Part shown: positions 11,783 to 23,385 of the stretch, piece after piece
How the letters are laid out: every line of letters begins with the position of its first letter
How positions within the stretch are numbered: the first letter of the stretch is position 1
Assembly (NCBI GenBank): GCA_030295235.1
Contig: AP026157.1
Span: 372,001-436,000, forward strand
Length of the DNA stretch: 64,000 nt
Direction: 5' to 3'
DNA from: Fistulifera solaris
Lineage: Eukaryota
Program-made: the position numbers and the translations under genes
The notes under the pieces: model-generated
Databases searched by the model: none
Told to the model about the DNA's origin: nothing
The model's input: the letters and a program-made list of their open reading frames with translations, nothing else

Positions 11783-14306
11783 CTATTCTGCTTTTGGGTG
11801 TGGTTTTGGCTGCAGTTTGTCCACCAGAAAGTCCCAGACATTTGGATTGTGCTTGTTCGATGCGGTGTCCTTTGTCGAATTGTTTCGATTAGACTCGGTT
11901 GACTTTTGGGTGCCGGCGTCTTCAGGGCTCTTCTGCTCCTGCTGAGCCTTTAATAACTCCTGCAACTGTCTCAGTTGCTCTCTCAACTGTTGATTCTCTT
12001 CTTGCAAATGTTGCAATGGGCTCTGCATCGTGAATGAGGAATTGCCATTCGGAAGACTTGACGGCTCTTCGAGAGGCCGTCCAATAATTCGGACACTTCG
12101 ACCCTGATTGCTGGAAAGCAGCGCACTACTACTCGCGATCGAATCTACATCGTCGTAAAACAAGTATTCCATTTGATGAGCAGGGATACGTTCTTCCAAT
12201 CGTTTCAAGCAATCGTCCAGAGCACGTTCCATCCGAATCATATCACGAATGGCATTCAAATGCGGCCAAGCAGCTATCTGTCCATACTTCAAATAGTTTT
12301 CCATTTCCGCTTCGGTGGGATTGGCCAGCACCTTCAATCCGATCGTTTGCATCGTAGTAAACCGGGGGACGATGGTCAAGTTGCCGTGGTACTTTTGTTG
12401 AAAGACTTTTGATATGTCTTGTCCAAAGATATGTGGAAACAATCCCAACCGACTGAGTTTCAGCACGCGACCTCGAATATCCCATTCCGCCGTTTGAAAC
12501 AACCGCCAGTACAAACTCCGGGCATTGGGATGATGTGCCTTGTTCAGCAAGGGGACAATGTGAAAGTTCGTTTGCGACACAATAAATGAACTGACCGCAA
12601 ATAGAGTCGCAATGCGCTGAAACGGTAGATCCGCTTGCACACTTCCATCGATCCATTCGACACCATCCACTTCAAAGGGTTCCAATTCGCCCGTCGAATA
12701 GTTCTTTGAAATCAGTTTCGTGGGCGCCATGACACCCGGTAACGCACAACTGGCTCCGACGGCACTGGCAATGGTCACATGCGGTGTCGAGATGTGATTG
12801 AGCAACAGACGTTGGGCCGTGCGACCGTTCGCACGACTCGCGCTCACCGTGATGCAAACATGCTTTCCGGTGCGTTCAAAGGCTTCTTCAAAGGTAATGT
12901 TACCATAATAGAATTCACACGTCCGTCGGAATTCGGCACTATCGACGAGTAACTTGTGTTTGAGCCAGTACGAAGCCATTTCCAATAGTGATGGAAACCA
13001 TCGTATGTTTTCCTTTTTCATACGTCCATTCGACATGTAATCCGTCGAGACATTGGCCACGCAAACATGATCCAAGAGTTCTTCTTGCGTCTTGATGGCG
13101 CACATCTGAATGAATGAAGAGGAAAACAGTGTGTAAGAAGTTCACGTCACAATTACTTGTGCAATCATTTCATTTTCAACGCACCGCCGCCAGAATACTG
13201 CCACCCGACGTCCCCGATACGACTTTAATATCTTGGTACAATTTGGATTCGATGAGTGCACGGATCAGTCCCATATGATACATCGCCTGCGCACCTCCAC
13301 CGGACAACATCAAGGCGGTCCGCCCCATATTTTGTTTCATTTTCTTGACCAACAACAATCGTTCGGCCATGACGGACGTCGTATCACTAATAGTTGTCGT
13401 CGTCTCTTCGGGTGCACTGACGGCCGGCAACGGCGCTTCCGCCAAATAATCCAACGCCTGATCGACTTGTTCGTAATAGGCCCGAATGACTTGTCGGGTG
13501 GGTACCGACAACCCGTACGATCCGGTATCGGCAATGCTGCGGGCATTCTCGACGGCCAAATCATCCAAATTCAAATAATTGCGTTTCACGACCGAACTCA
13601 GTAAATAAGAAAAGGCTTTCCAGTGTTCCGCGTTGGTGGGATTCTGTTGAAAGGCCAACCGGGCTTGTTCGAGTTTGGAGGTGATTGTTGTTAGTAATTG
13701 TGCCGTCGATTCTCCCAATTCTTCCGCGACACAGGGATCGTCCGTCGCCGTCGTATTCGCCGGAAAGGACCGTGACCGGGGATATCGTTTCTTTGTACTA
13801 GCGTTGTTCGTGTTGGGAAAGAGGTCTTGTTCGGAATTATGTCGCGGTAAAGCCGTATCATGCGATGATAATGAAGAGGATGATGCTACGGGCATGACTT
13901 TGGGATGAATGCGTATTTTCAAAAAGTTTTCGTACGTTCCTGCTTCTTGTAACGATTGTCTCCAATATTGACGTCGGGATTTGCCCTTGTGATGGCGTTC
14001 CCACCAGACCCAATGCAAGACAGCGTGACGCATCACCGCGTACGTCTTTAACAGAGACAAACCGAAAATATCAAAGGCAATCATACTGAATTGATACACG
14101 GCATAGGCTGTTTGGACGATTCCTAACAATATGGAAGTGCACAACCAGAAAATCCACGTCCCGGCTGTCACAAAGAACATGACAAACGACAATAAGACGG
14201 GCCAAAAGATCAACAACAGAGCGGTCATGGCCCACCACCAATTGTTACTTTGATTCCATTTTTCCAGAAACGCCAACGAAGGACTCCACGAGGAAAAGAG
14301 TTCCAT
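11783..14306 (-). CDS. Patatin-like triacylglycerol lipase (SDP1/TGL-type); intron 13106-13184
   Basis: LSGGG oxyanion motif, GTSGG nucleophile elbow, DGS catalytic Asp and VSQTN. N-terminal TM helices. Phase-0 GT-AG intron. Confidence 0.9.
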
Positions 14307-15050
14307 TGTTGTTGTTGTTGTAGTGTGAGACGACGACTGACTCTCTCCTCTTTCTCAGCACAAGTTCGGACCTTTTTCAATAATAACAGGAACATGAGAA
14401 ATAAAAAAGGAGCGATGCGAGAATGCGGTCCTCCGTTCACTTCTTCGGTTCCTACAGTACTCTTGGACGGTATTCTCGACAATGGACACTGATACAACAA
14501 GTAGCCGGGCTGACACCGGCCCGTCAAGCGCGCTGACACTCTTGTCCGTTGTTCTAGAGAAAGAACGACTGCGCGCGCCAGTCGGTTCGTGACACAAATC
14601 CAGTCGTGGAAGCATTGCCTCCACCTACACTTTGGGGCTATACTCAAATTCCCAGGAACCATCCGGTAATGGAACGACACAAGATTGGTGATGAAATCAT
14701 GAATGATCAACCAATATAATCAGATAACTGTCCTATGGAACTTGTCCTTGATTGTCTGCAGTGGAAAAAACGTTTTTGGTTGCCGTTGTTATTATCCTTT
14801 TCGTAAACTGGCTCATGACTGAAATCCAGTCGTGACGCCGTTCCGTACGACTCGACTATCCCCACTAGTACTCCCAATAGGAAATGGTGGTCTTTCCACT
14901 GATGATTTCACAAACAGAAGACCAAGCCTGTTTGGATGGATCCTAGAGATGATCCAGCTTTCCAGAACCTATTCCTGGGAGACACGGGAACGCACCTCTG
15001 CTTGGTACATTTTTCTACGGAGAGCCTACGTGAGTGTACACTTTTACTAA

Positions 15051-15524
15051 TTAATTCTTTTCCACAAACGACTCCAAGGCCGCAAAACCTCCCGCATTGA
15101 CGACATTGGTGTATCCCAGTTCCTCCAAGACGTGTTTCGCCATGGCCGCCCGTTTTCCCGCCGCACAATGCACCAAGATGGGTGCCGATTTGTCTCGTAA
15201 CAAGTTGGAGGCCGTCATTTGAAGCAATGTCGCATCCGTCGGTGTACACGGAATGGTGACCCATTGCTGTTTGGCTGTTTGGAGATAACCGGACGCTTGA
15301 ATTTCGTCCGCCCGACGGACATCCAAAATGACCGTTTTTTCATTCTGCAAAAGTGTTTGAATTTCGTCCGGTGTGGCATAAGAATCACTGCTGCTAGTAC
15401 TAAAGAAGAAGAAGTGACGATGTTGCGACATGGTGGCGGCTGGAACAAAGGACGAGGCGGACTGCGCAAACAGAGTTGTCGTTGCAGCGACGGTCAAGAG
15501 AGGAGATGTCATCATGCGAACCAT
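15051..15524 (-). CDS. Single-domain rhodanese, probably plastid-targeted
   Basis: ILDVRRADE, HCAAGKRA, LGYTNVVNAGG. Signal peptide ends ASS|FVP (ASAFAP-like bipartite presequence). Confidence 0.85.
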   Translation of the reverse strand: MVRMMTSPLLTVAATTTLFAQSASSFVPAATMSQHRHFFFFSTSSSDSYATPDEIQTLLQNEKTVILDVRRADEIQASGYLQTAKQQWVTIPCTPTDATLLQMTASNLLRDKSAPILVHCAAGKRAAMAKHVLEELGYTNVVNAGGFAALESFVEKN

Positions 15525-15965
15525 TTGTTTGTTGTTGTTGTAATGAAAAGCACGAAAATGACGACAAGAACGAAGGAACGAGTTCTTCATGGAAGATGAT
15601 AATGCTTTTTTGAGTGAGATTCACTCGATCGAATGATTCTTAATGAGCCGAGTGAAATGAGAAAAATACAAAGCCCGCCGCTGTTTTTGTCGCAAGAGGC
15701 CTTTTCCTCGATCTTTTCGGATTTCGGATCCTAAAAACGAGCCGGCGTACAGACGACTGTTGATACGTCATCGCAGGATTTCGACGTAGGTAGAAACCAT
15801 ACGAGTCAAACTTGACTAAATGAGTCTTACAACGCCACATCGTTGAAGTCGTCTTGCGTGCGATCTTCGCGACGTTGGTTGGCTCGATTGCAAATTGCAA
15901 CAAACGACAGTTGCTTTATCATCCTCTCTCGTTTATTTTTGTATTCCTTTTCAAACTACACCAAA

Positions 15966-16711
15966 ATGAAGACTGCTGCATTGTTGTTGTCGCTGGGTTG
16001 CGTCAGTGCCTTTCAAGGACCTTCTTTGAACAGTAAAACGTCGGCGTTGCCGGCGACGGCGGCCGAAATCGCTTCCTTGCCCGGCATTAGTAACGAGTGC
16101 GGTAACCGAGTGGTGCGTTAGTTAGAGAAGATGTGCTGGTGTATTGGCTGTTCTTTGTATAAGTGTGGGTCTAGTTCGTGTCGTTGAATTGAGAAGAGTT
16201 GAATGTCGTTTTTTTTCTTTGTATTTGTAGCTCTCACTCACTCACACATACCTTTTCTCTTTTTCAAACTCGACAGTTCGATCCCCTCGAACTCGGACAA
16301 TGGGCCGATGCCGAGTTCTTGCGCAAAGCCGAACTTTCGAATGGTCGTTCCGCCATGTTGGCCAATGTCGGATGGTTCTGGCCCAAGATTGTCGGTACGT
16401 TCGATTCGGACGATGTCACTACGACAGATCCCATTGATGCCATTCTACAGGCGGATCCCCAATGGTGGGCCCAATTCCTTCTATTGTGTGGTGTCATTGA
16501 AGGTGTCAAGTACCGTGCCGAATTGGAAGGCAAGAGTTACACAGGAGATGGGCCGGCTGCCATTGATTGGGCCAAGCAGTGGGACAAGTTGGATAAGACC
16601 AAAAAAGCCGAGATGCGTTTGAAGGAATTGAAGAATGGACGTTTGGCCATGATTGGTTTCGCTTCCTATGTGGCGGCTTACTTTATTCCGGGATCGGTGC
16701 CGGCGCTTTAA
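15966..16711 (+). CDS. Fucoxanthin-chlorophyll a/c light-harvesting protein (LHC/FCP); intron 16113-16276
   Basis: VSAF presequence, FDPL, ELSNGRSAML and ELKNGRLAMI helices. Subfamily not assigned. Confidence 0.95.
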
Positions 16712-16957
16712 AATTATAGTCTCGATAGGATGAAGATCGTAGACACCGAATCAAAATAAAACGAGACGTTTTCGAATGACAATGTCCAATTTCTAGGCTT
16801 CTTCTTCGACTATATATATTCCGTGTTAGTGGCCGTTTTACTTGTTTTGGTGATCACACCCGCAAACATGATCATTACTATTCATTGTCATTGTTTACCA
16901 AGCAGGGCTACGTTACTCATACAACGCTAAACGAGTTTACAAACTTCTGTGGTTTTG

Positions 16958-17489
16958 TTATTCCTCCGTACAAACAAAACAGTCATGAAAGACTCCAAAA
17001 TCGATACCATCACTACTTTGAATCGGTCCTGTCCCTTCGCCATCTACTGCGTAGAAACCATCGGGGCATGTTTTCGCCTTTGCGGCATCAAAGATAATGG
17101 TACATCCCAAAAAGTCAGAATCATAGATTATCCCAATGGCATCTGGATGATCGACAGCCACTTTTCACACTCGTCAAAGTAAAGATCCTGCTTGAAACAC
17201 GAGGGGAAGTTATTTCCCTCCGCGTCAACGCAATTGCCATATCCAAAGAAGGTGGAGCAAGAGCGCGAGCTTTTGGTTGCTCCACAGAAGATGGCTTCCA
17301 ACGAGAAAAGGGACGGATCAACTCCCACCGCCGGCATCACGTCTTTCCAAGTGAACGAGGAGTCGTCGTCAAGTCGAGAGTGAGTAATGCTAGGCGTCGA
17401 AGATAAAATTATACGAAATCTCGGGACTCGAGGAACTCACCAAGAACTACAGATAAGAGAAAGAACCATGCATACTTCATCATTGTCAT
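16958..17489 (-). CDS. Small secreted Cys-rich protein, family member A; intron ~17343-17440, frameshift ~17165
   Basis: Signal peptide MTMMKYAWFFLLSVVL, then DPSLFSLEAIFCG..RSCSTFFGYGNC...CPDGF..GTGPI..SD..CFVC, shared with three neighbours. Confidence 0.7.
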
Positions 17490-18097
17490 ATTATTGTTGG
17501 AAGATTGTTGCAACAACGTAAATATAGTTGTGAGGAGAAGCAGAAGTTCCGATGATTCTTCCATTTTCCTGATTCGGAAGTTCGCTAAAAGGTGTTTGCG
17601 GGATAGTTTGCGCTTTGAGTTCAAGGTACGGTACCGGTACCGGTACTGTATTGTAGCGTACTAGTATTCGGAACTCCGAACTCGGAAGCTTAGGCCTTAT
17701 GAACTTCGGACTTCGGAGTGGCAACAGCGCTTTTTCTGAGAACTCGGAAGCACGCGAACGCGGAACACTGCAAGTTGCAGTACACTACATGTCCTCAGCA
17801 TGTTCTTTACGTTCTGACCTTGCAAGGTTTTGGGTTTTGGGTCACGTCAGTCCCATTATAGATCCCATTCATGAATGGTTCTCATATACGGAGTATTGAG
17901 TATTGTGAGAACTGCGCCCTGGGTGCTTGTCGGAAGTCTCTCCGTAACATACTATACAGTTTACGCTTATATAGTAATTATTTCAACGGAAACATTTGTA
18001 CTCTACTCAATTGTACAACATTTCGCGACAAATTCCGATACACGTTTTATGCTATAAGCTTAAATGCCGTTTGTCTCTAAGTAATTTTTTGTCATTA

Positions 18098-18251
18098 TAG
18101 AGAGAAATTTTCTCTATAGAGAGAAATTCTCTCTGTAGAGAGAAATAGGGAGAACATTTCTCTTTAAGGGAGAAAATTTCTCTCTAAGGGAGAAATCGAG
18201 AGAAAATCTCTCTCTAAGAGAAAAATTTTCTCACTTCAGAGAGAAATTTTC
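18098..18251. repeat. ~155-bp GA/TC palindromic repeat block, copy 1
   Basis: Built from ~21-bp units such as GAGAGAAATTCTCTC. Direct repeat of 18954-19112. Confidence 0.85.
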
Positions 18252-18953
18252 ATTATGGAGTAAGACGATTTCTGTTTAGAGTTTTCCTCTGTTGAACGAA
18301 TTTTATGTACTTGTACTGTACAATGTGGGCGTCGGGCGTCGTTGTCGTTCGCGTCGGTGCATTACTTTTCTGCTTGACAAGTATCGAAAGAGGTTTCTTT
18401 TCAAAAGAGTAATTCATATCAACTCAAAACCTATTATCTAACGCTTTTGATTAATGGCAAGAATGAGAGACCAAAGGATTAAGAGGGAAATCTCTGAATG
18501 ATCTGAGATGCGGCCGTGGCGTGCTGGAAACTCAACAAGCCCGGGAAAACGAAGCAGCCCCAGACCGCGGAAATTTGCCAGACTCTTCAGTCAGCATGGA
18601 AAAGACAAACTGTGTCCAATGAGCCGCGGATCAAATATGTTTTCACAGTAAAAACAAAAGGGAAATTGAAAATGGAGCGCACCAAACACGCCGAGCCAAA
18701 AATGGCACTCGGCCTGCACACGCCATTCGTCTTTCCAAAGCTAAGCCCCATTGTTCCTGTTGACGAGGTCAATTGATGACTAGCTATCGGGGACAAATTA
18801 CATTTTAGTAATTAGAAATGCTTGTCTCGCTGCACCGTCTTTTGTTTTTGCGTTGGTTGTTTTGTGCGATAACGGTTGTTCGTTGTGTGTTGAGGTCTCT
18901 TCATCGTCGATTTTTAACCTTAATTAGACTACACAAAGAAGTGAACGAAAGCA

Positions 18954-19112
18954 TAGAAAAAATATCTCTCTACAGAGAGAACTTTCTCTCTAAAGAGAAA
19001 AAGGGAGAAATATCTCTTTTAAGGGAGAAAATTTCTCTCTAAGAGAGAAATCGAGAGAAAATCTCTCTCTAAAGAGAGAAATTTTCTCACTTCAGAGAGA
19101 ATTTTTCTCTCT
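18954..19112. repeat. ~155-bp GA/TC palindromic repeat block, copy 2
   Basis: Shares GGAGAAAATTTCTCTCTAAG..GAGAAATCGAGAGAAAATCTCTCTCTAA..TTTTCTCACTTCAGAGAGAA with copy 1. Confidence 0.85.
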
Positions 19113-19807
19113 GGCAAAAAACACATTACTTGTTTTGCGTTATGAGCGAACATACCGTTTCGGTTGCTAAAGATAATATTTATCGTTGAAACCAAGTTTC
19201 GTTCATAGATATTTAGGAATCGATACGACATCGAAACCATAGATAATCGGAACCGCTCGGAGTGAGTAATTTCCGTCAAGCTCCCTGATCCCTGATCATC
19301 TTATGACCTTAGTATAAATTATACTCAGTATTTACCATTCAAATGCATTCCTTGTGAGTCAAGTCAGAAGCCAGTTAGACGTCGTCAAGACTCAATGACC
19401 CTTCGTAGCAAATTTTAAACCAGTACCCCTTACTTTTTCGGATGATTGTTTATTTGAGAGTAAAGAATTATGACAAGGTAAAAGTCCGTGACTCAAAGAT
19501 CGGACAGATCTCTTTGTAGCCGACGTCATCAAGAAAAACGGAAACTGCTAAAACCACCAGCATGGTATGTTTTATTTGCTGATGACTGATGACGAAAGAT
19601 GACGATTTATTGTGAACAAGTCCTCATGTTACAATGAAATCGATGATGCGCCTTATTTTATCGGGTGGGACATGACCGAAAAACGTCAGCGATTGCAGCC
19701 ATACATCGACTTCAAGACTAGGACGAGTCAAAGACGACGACTTTTGGTAATCGGGAGACTATCGCAACTGCTTCTTAACCTATCTTTTTTCCGTCTAGCC
19801 CATCTTC

Positions 19808-20323
19808 TCAAGTACAAGCGTAACACTCGACATTATTCGTGAAGTAATCATCACTCGCCACAATCGGACCCGTCCCGACATCATCCAAAACCGCCGTGAA
19901 GCCGATTTGACACATGTTCCATGCGACCGATTCATTTTCGAGTAACACAAAACAGTCCTGTGTTGCGGAATCGTATTCGTATCCCACGACCTCCATTTGT
20001 TCCGAGGCCGCTTTCTGACATTCGATTCGAGTCATATTCGTGTTGGCGGAGCAGTACGGGTACGATTGACCAATGCGGTCGATACAATAGCCATCTCCGA
20101 CTTTGGAAGAACACGAGCGTAATGGCATATTGTCCGTTTCTGAGATGGAGCCACAGGAGAGGGCATCTAGAGAGAAGAGCGAAAGGTCAATTGCGAGGAT
20201 CGGCGCTGCTCCAAGAGAAAGGCATTGTCAGAACAGAAGAGAATACAACGACACATTAATTCGTTACGAAGGCAACATACCGAAGCTCAAAGAGAGCAAG
20301 CAAATATTAGTTTGCGATTTCAT
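19808..20323 (-). CDS. Small secreted Cys-rich protein, family member B; intron ~20209-20280
   Basis: MKSQTNICLLSLSF|..PILAIDLSLFSLDALSCG..RSCSSKVGDGYC..YPYC..ECQ..VGYEY..C..GTGPIVASDD..CYAC. Confidence 0.75.
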
Positions 20324-21877
20324 GGTGGCTTACTCAAATCAATTGTAATGCAGCCGAAGCGACTTTTTATGAGCGTTGGAAAGAGCATCCTCTTTTCGTT
20401 CATTGGCGATTTCTCTTCCCGCTTTCAACGAAAAGGCGAGCTAAGCATAGAGAAGTTGTCGACGAACGGGTTGTCGTATTTATCACACAAGAATGATTGC
20501 TGTTTTATGTTATGTTCGAATGCTGCTGCTGTTTACTTGGTTGGCGTTGATCGCATCGCGCAAGCAATAAAATAATACTCCGTACAAGTTGCGCCGCGTG
20601 ACTGATTGTTTCGTGAAACAGTCACTCGGACGAACACGTGGCTCATTTTTTAGTACCGGGAAAAAGGTATTCTACACTTCACATCATATTCGAGTACCGC
20701 ATTCCAGCGAAGGCTCTGGAACGCGTCGTTCGCACAAATATTTTGTTGCACGCAGTAATGCAGTAGGGTTCACGATAAGCGGGACAAAGAGGGACTGAGT
20801 ATCGTTGAGTCAGGACCTGACTACACTTTAGTATACAGTATCAAAAATGCAACACAAACACAACAAGACGACGAAATACTGTAATAATAAGCAGCAAAAA
20901 GACATGATGATTCATATTCTCTTCCTTTTCTGCTTCTAACATGTAGTCACTTCTCACCAGTATCATTTTAATTGCTGAACAGCAAAATACTGACGGGCGG
21001 CTGTTGTTAGTTGTCGCCCCGTTCCCAAGCGCCGACTAAATAAAGCTACGAAAAGAAAGACGACTCTTTGCGTTGCCGTGACGGTTTCTGCTGTTTTTGA
21101 AATTCCAACTACATTAATACACGCCACCGCATCACAAGATCAACTTGACTACTGATGTTATTATCGGTCCTTCGACACGCGGGCTGTATTTTTGTCGCGC
21201 ATTGTCGGTGTCGGCGTTCCCAACAATGCGTCTTGATGAATTCGATCCTCGACGTTTATTTTTTTTTACAAGTTATGATGATTTGTGAAACACACACGGC
21301 GATTCGGGATATAATTTTTGTCTTGATAATACGCGCTCGGCAATCTGAAATATTCTTGCGTTTTGCTTCTTCAGAGGCGGTGATTCGACATTACCCAGAA
21401 GTTGGCAACGATCCCCGACCGTAGCATCAGCATTCATCGTGAATGTCGTCCACTTGGGCTTTTTTCACGAATCATTCGGCGCATTGTGGAAGCGTAGCGA
21501 TGACGACTGTGGAGCAGAATTATCCCGGATAGACAGCGAATCATCAGTCATGATGATAATCGACTCCGCCTGTGCTATTGTGAATGATCAAGGAAAAGAT
21601 TATGTTGCGTTTAAAAACCAATAACCAGCATTTTGTCGAAGCACGGATCCGGTCGCTTCGCTCTTGTGGCGATACCATCTACAGTCTATCCAAGCGACAA
21701 GACGTTTTGAGAAAAAGTTTAATTTCTGTGAATCGGCAACTGTTTGAATTGACAATTGACGTGCGTACGATAACGATGTCGACTTAACAAATGACAGGCT
21801 ATAAATAATAGCTATCTTTGAGAAAATTCACTGCCTATAAAAAGATAGTTTGACAATGAGGAACTGATTTCCAAGGC

Positions 21878-22411
21878 TCACTCGTCAATGCATTTGTAGC
21901 ACACTTCGTCGCTGTTGGCAATGTCCTGTATTCCAGTGACCGGGCCCGTGCCTTGAAGGGATGCATCGTTCACCTTCTGGTAGCCACCCGGGCACGTGAA
22001 CTCAAAGGTAGCATCGTAGAACAAGCCGCATCCCACCACGCCACTCCACGCACCATAAGAAAGCCCCACCGAATTGATCTCGGCAGTGGCAGCGAGCTGG
22101 CAGTCTTCCAACGTTCCGCCCACGGTGTAGCAATTGGGATACACCGATCCGGAACCAGTACAAAGACCATTACCGACAAAGGTGGTACACGTGCGAGTGC
22201 TGTCAGGGGGAACCACCGGTTCATCTCCTCCACCAAAGAGCCGGTCGCAGATGCCCTGTTGTTCTCGCGAGAAAAGAGATTCGTTCACCGCCCCAGCGGA
22301 TCCTGCACGCGTCGAGAATGTGAGATATTGGTGATGACGAGGATGATTGACATGAAGGACAAGTATCTTACCGAGAAACAAAGACAGAAGGTGGAACGTT
22401 GTACGCAGCAT
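21878..22411 (-). CDS. Small secreted Cys-rich protein, family member C; in-frame intron 22303-22371
   Basis: MLRTTFHLLSLFL|GSAGAVNESLFS..C..RTCTTFVGNGLC..YPNC..DCQ..VGLSY..C..CPGGY..GTGPV..CYKC. Confidence 0.75.
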   Translation of the reverse strand: MLRTTFHLLSLFLGKILVLHVNHPRHHQYLTFSTRAGSAGAVNESLFSREQQGICDRLFGGGDEPVVPPDSTRTCTTFVGNGLCTGSGSVYPNCYTVGGTLEDCQLAATAEINSVGLSYGAWSGVVGCGLFYDATFEFTCPGGYQKVNDASLQGTGPVTGIQDIANSDEVCYKCIDE

Positions 22412-23385
22412 CGTAAAATTTTGGGAGATATTGGTGTCAAGGTGTAGAAAGTAACTAGAAAGTGAAAAAAGTGACAGCAAACAATAATAAACGCCAATAT
22501 TTGTTGGTTGTGCTTGTGACTTTCGTTGGATGATGGATCTTTTTGGTAAAGTAGTAAAGAAGTCATTACAGACTAGCTAGTGCCTTGCCCTACGGATGAT
22601 GCAGAGCAGAATTGCAAAAGATGAAAATTGTGAGCTAGAATGATTTAGTCTAGGTCGAGATCGAAAATGACTAGCTGGTCACTGGTTGACGATCCAGGAC
22701 CAGATCGGGACCAATTTGAGACTCCATGATCAAATAGCGATAGAAAACAATAGAGAATCCGGGATTATTCCAATAGCCTCGCTAGTTCTGCTCAAGATAG
22801 ACTTCGCCGAACCTAGGCCGAAAATGACTAGCTCGAGTCATGAAGGTCTGACGTCGTCGGCGGAGGAAGAAGATCAATAAGAACCCGGATGTATGACGTC
22901 ACGGAGAACCCGAAGAAGGATAGGGGTTACTGTGTGCCCAAGACAGCTAGAGGATCGTCAATGGTCATTGTTTTCCTACTTTGTATCAGCTGAATTGTAG
23001 AGAATGTCATTTTTATCATTATTTGTGTCCATCTGAACTTTGAACTTCAATAAGCAAAGGCGATACAAGATACGTTAAGATGACAATACTTTTTGGCAGT
23101 ATAGCCGGGCTACGCCCAATCTAAACTAAAAACTCTTCGTCACGGTTTGACCGATACATTGAGTAGTAGTTGGGAAAACTAAGAATACCTTCGTCTTCCT
23201 GGTTTGTACGCCGGACGCTGGTAGGGTTAGCTTAGGTCGGAGCGAGAGCTAAAGAGAGAAGAGAGCAACAGAGAACAGAGAGACTCTGATTGTTGAAGCT
23301 TGCATTATGTTTGTGCATTATGCAAAGAGTTACGTCGTGCTTCGTGCTGTCGTGCTGTGATCGATCACCGGAATACCTTTCGATC

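Noticed and set aside
22560..22960. Short repeats (GAAAATGACTAGCT twice, GAACCCG) as an LTR or TE
   Set aside because: No termini, TSD or coding remnant could be defined.
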